Source: an uncultured virus (IMG/VR IMGVR_UViG_3300035698_022242)
Lineage: Duplodnaviria > Heunggongvirae > Uroviricota > Caudoviricetes
Length of the DNA stretch: 64,000 nt
Virus record (IMG/VR): IMGVR_UViG_3300035698_022242
Strand: one strand, 5' to 3'
Shown here: piece after piece, positions 55,765-64,000 of the stretch
How the letters are laid out: each line of letters begins with the position of its first letter
Numbering within the stretch: position 1 is the first letter of the stretch
Translations under genes and position numbers: made by a program
Notes under the pieces: generated by a model
Databases searched by the model: none
What the model was told of the DNA's origin: nothing
The model's input: the letters and a program-made list of their open reading frames with translations, nothing else

Positions 55765-56811
55765 ATGGCGAAAAAGAATTCAATAGCGAAAAAAAAGAAT
55801 GAAGAAATTGTAGTAAAGTTAAATGCAAAAAAAAATTTAGTATTATTTATACAAGGGGGTGCAGGAGACATCCTTGCACAAACTCCTATGATTAGAAGTT
55901 TCCGAAATAAATACCCTGATGACAATTTAATTGTATTGTCTACGTATTCACAACTTCTAGAAGGAAATACACATATCGATAAAGTGTATCCTTTGGCTGA
56001 CCCAGAAGATTTTTTTTCAAAGTACTTATTTGAAAAACCTGTAAGATTTTATAAAAAACATTTTATATATGATCACCTACTCGACGAGTGTGCTGAGGGT
56101 GTAACATCCTTACCCGAGTTTGCATGTGCTGCGTATGGGATAGATTACGACGGCGGTCCTCCCGACTACACCGTTTCTGATGAAGAGCATGCCATTGTAA
56201 AAACCTTCCTTGGACAGTATGGCCCAGAAAATAACCGCGTGCCCATTGTTTTGCTCCACTGCACAGGGTCGATTCCATCCGATGGACAAATGAATAAAGT
56301 GCACACATCAAAGGATTTAAACATAGAAACTGCCGCCGAGGTTGTTAAGCATTTTGAGGGTAAAATACGATTTATTCAAATAGGGCTTGAAGGTGAAGCG
56401 GTTGTTCCAGGCGCGATTGATGCACTAGGTATGCCTATGCGTGAAGCTATCGCTATGATCCCTCATACAGATAGTTTCTTATTTATTGAGAGTATTTTTG
56501 CACATGCGGCAGCTGCATTCAGTGCTCCCGGAGTTATTCTCTACCAAAATACATCTCCAGACTTTTTCAAATATCCGGGGTATTCTGAAGCTATCAAGGT
56601 CTATGATAGCGGTAATTGCCCCCACTGGCCCTGTAACCGCCCGCTGGGTGCCTTGATGGACCTCATGCCTGGGTACCATAACCCCAAGACACGTGAACGT
56701 CTGCTATGGCGTTGTGATACGAATCTGTGCCGGAATATCAAATCGTCTGAACTTATCAAAGCACTGGAAGCTACTTTAGCTCCCAAATCTGAGAAAAAAG
56801 ATGACAAGTAA
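55765..56811 (+). CDS. Glycosyltransferase, GT9 (heptosyltransferase)-like
   Basis: GGAGDILAQTPMIRSFRNKYPD, FIQIG, IESIFAHAAAAF, C-terminal Cys motif. Confidence 0.85.
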   Translation: MAKKNSIAKKKNEEIVVKLNAKKNLVLFIQGGAGDILAQTPMIRSFRNKYPDDNLIVLSTYSQLLEGNTHIDKVYPLADPEDFFSKYLFEKPVRFYKKHFIYDHLLDECAEGVTSLPEFACAAYGIDYDGGPPDYTVSDEEHAIVKTFLGQYGPENNRVPIVLLHCTGSIPSDGQMNKVHTSKDLNIETAAEVVKHFEGKIRFIQIGLEGEAVVPGAIDALGMPMREAIAMIPHTDSFLFIESIFAHAAAAFSAPGVILYQNTSPDFFKYPGYSEAIKVYDSGNCPHWPCNRPLGALMDLMPGYHNPKTRERLLWRCDTNLCRNIKSSELIKALEATLAPKSEKKDDK

Positions 56812-57829
56812 AAAGATTATCGCATTTCGTGGTGACCGTGCTGCTTGTTGGTTTTACCGGCTACATTCACCCCTGACTTATTTGGCGAAGAATAACCAAG
56901 ATGCGTATGAGATTACCGTATCGGGGGTTCTCAATAAGGCGCATTACGAGGGTTTTGACCTGGCGATCCTTCAACGCCAGTATGCGAAAGATGTATACGA
57001 TGGTGTTCTGAATCTAAAAAAGAGTGGAACAAAATTAGTTTATGAGATTGATGATGATTTATTTAATATACCTAAATGGAATCCTGCGTACGAAACATTA
57101 GGAAAAGCTAATGTACAACTTGGTATTCGTGAATTTTTAAAAATAGTTGATGCCATTTTTGTAACTACAGAAAGTTTAAAAAAGATTTATGAACCCTTCT
57201 GTGATAATATATATGTTCTTCCCAATTCTATAAACTATGATGTGATCTATCCTAACGCAAAAAAGAATCAAAAGAAAGATGTAGTGTGCTGGCAAGGATC
57301 ACTCACTCACGAAAAAGATGTTAAGATAATTGAGAAAAGCTTGCATAAGCTGGCGCAGTCAGATGAAGCAGTTTTAAAAATGTGGTGCGGGTTTAAGCAA
57401 AGAAAAACACTCAAAGAAGACCGCACCCCTGTGTTTGATATCCCTGGAGCAGATGTTCTGCAGCTTGTTCAATTTGAATCCTTTTTTCAGATGTTCTCGC
57501 AAGTTGGGACGTCCATCGGACTTGCCCCCCTTGCTGCAAACACATTCAATAAAAGCAAGTCTAATCTTAAGTTCTTAGAGTACACCGCGTTGGATGCCGT
57601 GACCGTTGCATCGTCTGTAGGCCCGTATAAGGATACTATTGAAGACGGGGTTACCGGGATACTTGTAGAGGACAATTCTACTTGGTACGATGTAATTATT
57701 GACCTCATTCGCGATAAGGAATTGTATAACAAACTACTTACCAACGCGAAAGAAGTTGTACACACGGAGTATAATGTTGAAAGAAATTACAAAATGTGGC
57801 AAGATGCCATTGAACAAATCTTAGGATAG
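56801..57829 (+). CDS. Glycosyltransferase, GT-B/GT4-like
   Basis: CWFYRL..P, YEIDDDL, VLPN, IGLAPL..N.FN..KSNLKFLEY, GVTGILV. Confidence 0.88.
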   Translation: MTSKKIIAFRGDRAACWFYRLHSPLTYLAKNNQDAYEITVSGVLNKAHYEGFDLAILQRQYAKDVYDGVLNLKKSGTKLVYEIDDDLFNIPKWNPAYETLGKANVQLGIREFLKIVDAIFVTTESLKKIYEPFCDNIYVLPNSINYDVIYPNAKKNQKKDVVCWQGSLTHEKDVKIIEKSLHKLAQSDEAVLKMWCGFKQRKTLKEDRTPVFDIPGADVLQLVQFESFFQMFSQVGTSIGLAPLAANTFNKSKSNLKFLEYTALDAVTVASSVGPYKDTIEDGVTGILVEDNSTWYDVIIDLIRDKELYNKLLTNAKEVVHTEYNVERNYKMWQDAIEQILG

Positions 57830-57837
57830 GAGATACA

Positions 57838-58263
57838 ATGCATGATACTGAATATTTTGTATTAGTAGTTATGACCGGCATGCCCCCATGGGTATGTGTA
57901 CTGTCCGCTAGTGATTTGGATGATTGGAAAGCGGGAGAATCGCGTACGGTGCTTGCTATAAGTCCTCGGTCATTTCAAATGCAGCAGGGCGCTAACCGCA
58001 CAGTAGAAATGGTGATTGGTCCAGTGTATCCGATGCTGACAAAGCAGGCGGAGTTATGGTGCACGCCAACCTCTATTGAAGTAATTGGCGAGGTAATTGG
58101 CGAAGTGCTTGGTGATAACGATTCTAGAAGTTGTGCGGAAGACCCACAATTGTTTAAGAGCTACATGTCAGCAGTGTCTACGTGGTTCAAAGAAGCCAGT
58201 GCTGCGCGTGCAGGGATCACGTTAGCAAAACCTGGGGACATGCCTAACGTACTTGAGCGGTAA
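57838..58263 (+). CDS. Hypothetical protein
   Basis: 141 aa, AGGAG RBS. Confidence 0.6.
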   Translation: MHDTEYFVLVVMTGMPPWVCVLSASDLDDWKAGESRTVLAISPRSFQMQQGANRTVEMVIGPVYPMLTKQAELWCTPTSIEVIGEVIGEVLGDNDSRSCAEDPQLFKSYMSAVSTWFKEASAARAGITLAKPGDMPNVLER

Positions 58264-58266
58264 ATC

Positions 58267-58641
58267 ATGGCTAAAACTCCAAAAAAAAATAAATCGTATC
58301 TTCTCTGTGTGCTAGATAAAAAATATCATTTGTATGTGTCTAGTAATGCATTTGTTATCAAAGAACGCATGATTAAAAAGAATGAAGAAACTTGGGTAGG
58401 AAAATTCTTTTACGCAAGTTTAGCAGACTCCCTTCGTGGATATGTTCGTCACAAGATGCGGACAAAGGCAACAGCAAAACAAGTGAACGGAGATGTTAAA
58501 GAACTTATTAAGCTCGTGGATAATCTTCATAAATATCTGCAGAAATTTGGTAGTGAATTTGAACATGATTTGATGGAACGTTTGAAGGATCCTGTAGAAA
58601 TGCATTTGCTTAATAATACTCTGGAGACTACCGATGCGTAG
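58267..58641 (+). CDS. Hypothetical protein
   Basis: 124 aa in operon. Confidence 0.6.
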   Translation: MAKTPKKNKSYLLCVLDKKYHLYVSSNAFVIKERMIKKNEETWVGKFFYASLADSLRGYVRHKMRTKATAKQVNGDVKELIKLVDNLHKYLQKFGSEFEHDLMERLKDPVEMHLLNNTLETTDA

Positions 58642-59263
58642 TACGACGCGTATGGACTACACACTCCGAATAAGTAAGGAGTACGTTGTTGGATTGGTGA
58701 ATTCGTTATTGTTTTCAAATACTATCTTATGGGATGGAACAAACCAATTTAATGAACTTCCAATTTTTAGTAGCGACATTACTGAAGATGATAGACGAGA
58801 ACAACGTGGTGCATTTTTTGTAGACAATCATTATGGTCGTGTACTTCGATTATTGGCTACCTTAGAAGAAGAAAACCTTCGAGGGAATAGTACATGTCGT
58901 GTGTGCTATAGATTGTCTAGCATCCAAGAAAAAATGCGTATTGGATCTGCAAACCGTATATACTATCCTTTTACAATTCCTCTTGATTTTTCTGTATCAG
59001 ATTTACGGTTAGGTGTGCGCACTCCCTTTTTATCTTTTTCAGATAATACAGAGAAGGATAATGAAGTCAACTTATCTAAATTAATGGCGCTTATTGGGCA
59101 TCTCGTTGCTAGTAAATTTATTGTTGTAGACGATGAAAATCTCTTTTCTGATCTTCTTACAAGTCAACTGAGTACGCCTCCTATGGCTTCTGATCCACAT
59201 TTCAACTTAATTTATGGGGTTGCACCCCCTGGTGATCAGGAGTGTTTAAGCGATGACTATTAA
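58634..59263 (+). CDS. Hypothetical protein
   Basis: 209 aa, GGAG RBS, overlaps neighbours. Confidence 0.6.
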   Translation: MRSTTRMDYTLRISKEYVVGLVNSLLFSNTILWDGTNQFNELPIFSSDITEDDRREQRGAFFVDNHYGRVLRLLATLEEENLRGNSTCRVCYRLSSIQEKMRIGSANRIYYPFTIPLDFSVSDLRLGVRTPFLSFSDNTEKDNEVNLSKLMALIGHLVASKFIVVDDENLFSDLLTSQLSTPPMASDPHFNLIYGVAPPGDQECLSDDY

Positions 59264-59822
59264 GGGTATGACATACGTAGGCATAGACCCGAGTTTAACA
59301 GGCACAGGGATTTGTGTATTTAATAGCGGTAGCGGTAACGATGATGAAATGCCTGTGTGTACAATTAAAACAGAAAAGAAAAACTTTGAGAATTCATTAC
59401 AACGTTATTTATACATTGTAAACACTGCGATTGCGTTTATTAAATCTGCTGCTATTTTTCCTCCCACTATTTTTATCGAGGGCTATTCATTTGGTTCTCG
59501 CGGTGCTGCAGTTTTTTCTTTAGCTGAATTTGGTGGACTTCTACGTTATAAAATTGCAAAAAGATTTAATGAGTACTATGAGATTCCACCTACAGTTCTT
59601 AAAAAATTTATTACAGGGAAAGGTAACTCCAATAAGAATGTTATGCTTGAGCAGACGTTTAGAAAATATGGAATAGGATCAGAAATACTTACGGATGATA
59701 ATCAGGTTGATGCATTCAGCATAGCACAGTTTGCTAAAACGATGCGTGAGGGGGCATTACCAAAAATTTTTATTGGTAAATATTCAAAAACAATTTGGAA
59801 TGATGCGTCGTGCATGGAGTAG
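59253..59822 (+). CDS. ruvC: RuvC-like Holliday junction resolvase
   Basis: GIDPSLTGTG, IFIEGY, PTVLKKFITGKGN..K, DDNQVDA. Confidence 0.9.
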   Translation: MTIKGMTYVGIDPSLTGTGICVFNSGSGNDDEMPVCTIKTEKKNFENSLQRYLYIVNTAIAFIKSAAIFPPTIFIEGYSFGSRGAAVFSLAEFGGLLRYKIAKRFNEYYEIPPTVLKKFITGKGNSNKNVMLEQTFRKYGIGSEILTDDNQVDAFSIAQFAKTMREGALPKIFIGKYSKTIWNDASCME

Positions 59823-60436
59823 TAGACATAATTGTTATTGGTTTTGGTTTAGATAAGATAGAGATAGATTGTCTTAAATCAATTATAAAAAATACAGCAC
59901 ATCCTTATGTTCTTACGTACTACGACAATAAAAAAAATAAATACACACTTACAGAACTTTGGAATATGTTTATCGCAAAAAGTTCTTGTGAGTATATTTG
60001 TTTATTAAATAATGATACAGAAGTATCCCCCTATTGGCTAACTAAGTTAATCGAAACATTCTCAATACGTGAACATTGTGGGTTTGTTGGACCATCTACA
60101 GATAATTGCCACAGCCCACAATCTACTGTGCAAACCTTCGAAGAAGCTGAAAAACATAAGAATGTTGTACGTGTATTAGAGGATCCGATTAGTGGTTTTT
60201 GTGTTGCATTTAAAAGGGAATTATTTGAAAAGCTTGGTGGATTTGACTGCAGGTATAAACACTACGGACAAGAATCTGATTTAATAAATAGGGGGCAAAG
60301 ACAAGGGTATGAGGCTTGTTGGCGGGTAGACGCATTCGTACACCACATTGGTGAGGCAAGTGTTGGACCCGCGAAGATAGACGTAGAAGCAGCACGGAAA
60401 GAAGCACGAGCTATTTATTGGTCATCAAGGAAGTGA
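59810..60436 (+). CDS. Glycosyltransferase, GT2 family
   Basis: YICLLNNDT, FVGP, SGFC, GGFD..Y..YGQESD, AFVHHIG. Confidence 0.88.
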   Translation: MHGVVDIIVIGFGLDKIEIDCLKSIIKNTAHPYVLTYYDNKKNKYTLTELWNMFIAKSSCEYICLLNNDTEVSPYWLTKLIETFSIREHCGFVGPSTDNCHSPQSTVQTFEEAEKHKNVVRVLEDPISGFCVAFKRELFEKLGGFDCRYKHYGQESDLINRGQRQGYEACWRVDAFVHHIGEASVGPAKIDVEAARKEARAIYWSSRK

Positions 60437-60440
60437 CATC

Positions 60441-61421
60441 ATGCGTGTTCTATTCTTTTGTCCGCATACGCGGATTTCAGGCGGTGTAAAAGTAACATTC
60501 ACAGTTGCAAACCATTTGGCTAAATGTGGTGTAGATGTTAATTTAGCTAGCTTAAAGAATTTTGAAAGACCTAATGACTGGTTTATTGATAAAATCCATT
60601 TTAATATAATTGATGGTAAGAGAATACCTTTAGGTGCGCTAAGTACTTATGATGCCTGCGTTACCTTTTGTGACGGTCCCAGTTTATCTGGGGCATCGTG
60701 TAAAAAAATATTATATCTGCAGGGGTTTGCTGGAACTAAAGTAGAAAAACAACGTATTTCTGAAAAATATGATCTTGTTGTAGCTACATCTAAATGGTTG
60801 GTAAAACTGGCTAAACAACATAATGAAAATGTTATACTTATACCTCCCGGTATTGATAGCATTTTTGCTAGAAAAGAAGCGCCACTGTGCTCCAGATACC
60901 AAGCGATAGGGACGATACACCACGCATCAAAAGATAAATGTTTTGATAATTTTACAGACATTATTACGCGATATTTTGTAAAGCGTAGAAAACCAGTGCA
61001 CTGTGTTATTGTAACCGCACAACCTTTAGCTAGTGTCCCAGCATTAGATAAGTACATGATTCCGTACTCTATTTACTATAAACCACCTCAAAGGTTATTA
61101 CCATATATTTATTCCATGTGCAACGTGTGGGTATCTACGTCAATCAATGAGGGATTTGGACTGCCTCCGCTAGAGGCTATGGCATGTGGTTGTCCTGTAG
61201 TTATGTGTAAAAATCGTGGATTAGATAAGATTGTACAGCATAAAGCAAATGCATTAGTATACACGGGAAATACCGATGCTGCTGAATATATTAATACATT
61301 ACTTTATTTCAAACAATGTGTAAAGAAGTTAAGAAAAGTTGGGTATAATACAGCTAGTAAATTTTTATGGAAAGATTCATTAGACGCATTTTTTTATAAT
61401 TTACACAAGGTGTGTACATGA
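60441..61421 (+). CDS. Glycosyltransferase, GT4 family
   Basis: ISGGVKV, IPPGID, EGFGLPPLEAMACGCPVV. Confidence 0.92.
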   Translation: MRVLFFCPHTRISGGVKVTFTVANHLAKCGVDVNLASLKNFERPNDWFIDKIHFNIIDGKRIPLGALSTYDACVTFCDGPSLSGASCKKILYLQGFAGTKVEKQRISEKYDLVVATSKWLVKLAKQHNENVILIPPGIDSIFARKEAPLCSRYQAIGTIHHASKDKCFDNFTDIITRYFVKRRKPVHCVIVTAQPLASVPALDKYMIPYSIYYKPPQRLLPYIYSMCNVWVSTSINEGFGLPPLEAMACGCPVVMCKNRGLDKIVQHKANALVYTGNTDAAEYINTLLYFKQCVKKLRKVGYNTASKFLWKDSLDAFFYNLHKVCT

Positions 61422-62356
61422 CATATCTTTTTATCGAGCCTGGGTTACACATCTGTGGAGGCATACGGCGTATCGTAGAAATTGCCACAAGACTGCGTAA
61501 TTTAGGGCATATCGTGTATGTAGCGTCCCCTAAAGGACGTGCGTGTACATGGTTAGACTCTAACTTCATCCCTATAAAATTAGCTAATATAAAAGAATTC
61601 AGTAAAAAACATAAAATAGATATCTGTATATTTAATTTAGCAGATCAATATACTGAAGCAAAAGCTGTTACTGCGGCAATTAAGATCTTTTGGGTACTCG
61701 CTCCTGAAGCGATGTATAAGAACCCGGAAATACCTATTAAAGCATTAAATTGTGGCTTTAATCTATTATCCAATTCTTCATTTACAGTATCCTATATTAA
61801 AAAATATGCAAGAAATTATAAAGATAATATTACTATTATTCCAGGTGGCATAAATAAAACACATTTTAAATATGATTCTATTATTCCAAAAATTTATCAT
61901 GTAATGTATTATGGATCTTCACGCCCATGGAAAGGTGCACAAATTATTGAACGCGCACTAACTCCTTTACAATTGAGGCTCCATAAAATGAACACAGGAA
62001 ATATGCTACAAACGCAGATGTATAAATTGTACGCGTCAGCCACGTGCTATGTATCTGCGGGCCAGATTGAAGGATTTAATTTCCCAATACTTGAAGCTAT
62101 GGCGTGTGGTTGCCCTGTTGTTTGTACGTCAGACGGTGGGAGTGCGGATTTTGTGAAAGATGGAATAAATGCAATTGTTGTAAATCGTACTGTGGAAGGG
62201 ATTTCTAAGGGTGTTCGGAGAATACTTGGTGATAAAGATTTGCGTAGAAAACTAAAACAAGGTGGATTAGAAACTGCATCAGCTAAGAAGTATAATTGGG
62301 ATGTAGTAACTAAGCAATTCAGCGATTATGCAGAGAACCTTTTATATAGAGAATAA
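61418..62356 (+). CDS. Glycosyltransferase, GT4 family
   Basis: CGGIRR, PGGIN, WKG, EGFNFPILEAMACGCPVV; ATGA overlap. Confidence 0.92.
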   Translation: MTYLFIEPGLHICGGIRRIVEIATRLRNLGHIVYVASPKGRACTWLDSNFIPIKLANIKEFSKKHKIDICIFNLADQYTEAKAVTAAIKIFWVLAPEAMYKNPEIPIKALNCGFNLLSNSSFTVSYIKKYARNYKDNITIIPGGINKTHFKYDSIIPKIYHVMYYGSSRPWKGAQIIERALTPLQLRLHKMNTGNMLQTQMYKLYASATCYVSAGQIEGFNFPILEAMACGCPVVCTSDGGSADFVKDGINAIVVNRTVEGISKGVRRILGDKDLRRKLKQGGLETASAKKYNWDVVTKQFSDYAENLLYRE

Positions 62357-62393
62357 AAAAAAATACACTTAACTTTTTTTAGAGGTATACACA

Positions 62394-63137
62394 TTGTTAG
62401 ATCTAACTGTTATAATAGCTTGTAAAAATAGGAAAGAAAATCTCGATTATTGCTTGAGGTCTATCTCTGGTGGATCTATACTTCCAAAGGTGTACATTGT
62501 GGATTTTGGAAATAAAACACCAATAAAGACACCGTATAAGTGGGTAAAGGTTATCAGAGTTACCAATAACACTGAGAAGTTTCATAAGGCGCGGGCTGTA
62601 AATATTGGTTTAAAACAGGTGAAAACGAAATATGCATGTGTTACAGACGCAGATCAAATTTTTAGCAAAAACTTTTTTAGTACAGTAGTGAGGGCACTGG
62701 AGGAAAACTCTAAAAGGTTTATAATGTGCAAAACATATGCTTTGCAAGGTATCCCTAAGACAGTACAACCAGAAAGTGTTTTTGAAAAATACGGGGTACT
62801 TTTAAAGTTGGCAAAGAAAACTAGGGATGCCTATGGTGACGGGTGCTGCCATGCAACGCTAGCGTCTTGGTTTAGGAGGACGGGTGGGTATGAAGAATCT
62901 TTTTTGGGGTGGGGGTATGAAGATAGTGATATGGCTTGGAGAGCGCGAAAGCTTGGTTTGACTTTATATAGTATAAACAGACATGTCTCTATGATTCATT
63001 TGCCACATCCGATAGAAACACAAGTCGGGGGATATAGGCACAAGCATGTTGAGAGGACTAATAAGGTACGCTATGCAAAGAGAAGACAAAGGGGCATTTT
63101 AGTTGGAAATGTGGGTAGAAAGTGGGGGATACTTTGA
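62394..63137 (+). CDS. Glycosyltransferase, GT2/GT7-like
   Basis: VIIACKNR, IVDFG, FHKARAVNIG, DAD (DxD), GGYEESFLGWGYEDSD, HLPH. Confidence 0.9.
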   Translation: MLDLTVIIACKNRKENLDYCLRSISGGSILPKVYIVDFGNKTPIKTPYKWVKVIRVTNNTEKFHKARAVNIGLKQVKTKYACVTDADQIFSKNFFSTVVRALEENSKRFIMCKTYALQGIPKTVQPESVFEKYGVLLKLAKKTRDAYGDGCCHATLASWFRRTGGYEESFLGWGYEDSDMAWRARKLGLTLYSINRHVSMIHLPHPIETQVGGYRHKHVERTNKVRYAKRRQRGILVGNVGRKWGIL

Positions 63138-63433
63138 AAATATTTGTTGATATAGATGGAACTATTTGTCGTACAAAGGATGCAAATTATTCGGAAGCGG
63201 TACCCATCCATGCAAGTATACAAAAGATAAATAAGCTTTATGACTTAGGGCACGAAATTATTTTTTGGACTGCTCGTGGGTCTGCAAACAAAGAAGAGTC
63301 TACTGAAATCCTAAATATAACTAACAAGCAGCTACAGGAGTGGGGTTGCAGGTATACACAATTATCAGTGGGTGAAAAGCCCGTGTATGACCTACTGATA
63401 TGTGATAAATCTGTCAGGATCGATGAGTTATGA
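63122..63433 (+). CDS. Small HAD-superfamily phosphatase-like protein
   Basis: FVDIDGTIC, WTARG, KP..D..ICDK. Confidence 0.8.
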   Translation: MGDTLKIFVDIDGTICRTKDANYSEAVPIHASIQKINKLYDLGHEIIFWTARGSANKEESTEILNITNKQLQEWGCRYTQLSVGEKPVYDLLICDKSVRIDEL

Positions 63434-64000
63434 AATCTGTAGCTAAATTGGCTGGTAGGCATAAGAATAAGGACATCTACGTTATAGGTGCGGGACCTTC
63501 TTGTAATTTTCTTAGTAGATCTTTTTTCAATGGCAAAATAGTAGTTGGTGTTAATCAGACATATAAGAAGTTTCCATGTAACTATGTAGTTCGCAAAGAG
63601 CATAGCGATGTGGTGAAAACTCTAAAGATGGCTCCAAAGTCTTTTGTTATTGTTTCAAAACTGAATTATGGATCTGCGAAGTCTAAGATAGCTGGTATAA
63701 CCCATAATAATTTGCATATTTTTAATCATCTACTAAATAAGGGAGCTATAAATACAGCTTCATTTGGAAAGCCTGGGTTTTTAGTAGTGAGTAACTCTAC
63801 CATTACATCAGCTATCCATTTTGCATACGTCTTAGGAGCAGCTAACATTATTTTAGTTGGTGCCGACCACGGGACACTAGATGACAAATTTGTGTATGAT
63901 GGCTATTATGAAGATATAAAGCAAACACCTTGGAAGAATTGGGAACAATATGTAGGATGGTTAAAAATTCTCAGTAAGGATACCGAGAGTATCAGCGCTA
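63430..64000 (+). CDS. Partial DUF115/MptE/Maf-like protein (sialyltransferase-like fold)
   Basis: Not in ORF track; manual translation MKSVAKLAGRHKNKDIYVIGAGPS...VGVN...STITSAIHFAYVLGAANIILVGAD, open to window end. Confidence 0.75.
   Translation, partial: MKSVAKLAGRHKNKDIYVIGAGPSCNFLSRSFFNGKIVVGVNQTYKKFPCNYVVRKEHSDVVKTLKMAPKSFVIVSKLNYGSAKSKIAGITHNNLHIFNHLLNKGAINTASFGKPGFLVVSNSTITSAIHFAYVLGAANIILVGADHGTLDDKFVYDGYYEDIKQTPWKNWEQYVGWLKILSKDTESISA

Noticed and set aside
55508..55925. Short minus-strand ORFs across the repeat/palindrome region
   Set aside because: No RBS or protein-like features; they overlap repeats or the antisense of the GT9 gene
58281..58289. Other poly-A/T runs (e.g. 58281, 55828, 52621, 34438) as phase-variation or frameshift sites
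   Set aside because: They lie in intact Lys-rich frames and no adjacent ORF needs a shift to be expressed
1..64000. Stop-codon reassignment, tRNAs, introns or inteins
   Set aside because: Standard-code ORFs tile the window densely with intact long genes; TAA, TAG and TGA are all used as stops; no cloverleaf or splice motifs were recognised by eye

Overview
The window is an internal 64-kb segment of a large, AT-rich tailed dsDNA phage genome with a contractile tail (myovirus). No rRNA, tRNA, CRISPR array, integrase or transposase is visible. From 55,376 leftwards almost every gene is on the minus strand. They form a near-complete virion morphogenesis region: terminase large subunit, portal, prohead protease, scaffold, decoration protein, major capsid, neck, sheath, tube, tail chaperones joined by an apparent -1 frameshift, tape measure, hub, spike, baseplate and a G-V-x-G repeat fibre. 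Accessory genes are interspersed: NAD-dependent ligase, an XRE repressor with an HExxH protease partner, a CheY-like response regulator, RmlA and RmlC sugar enzymes, a Cas4/AddB-like nuclease, an amidase, a WYL protein, and a DHH phosphoesterase inserted in the opposite orientation. Right of 55,765 a plus-strand operon encodes six glycosyltransferases, RuvC, a HAD phosphatase and a DUF115/Maf-like protein. The strand-switch interval holds a 13-bp tandem array and a perfect 22-bp palindrome (origin-like). Two promoter classes are visible by eye. All functional calls rest on motif recognition and gene order only; no database searches were run.
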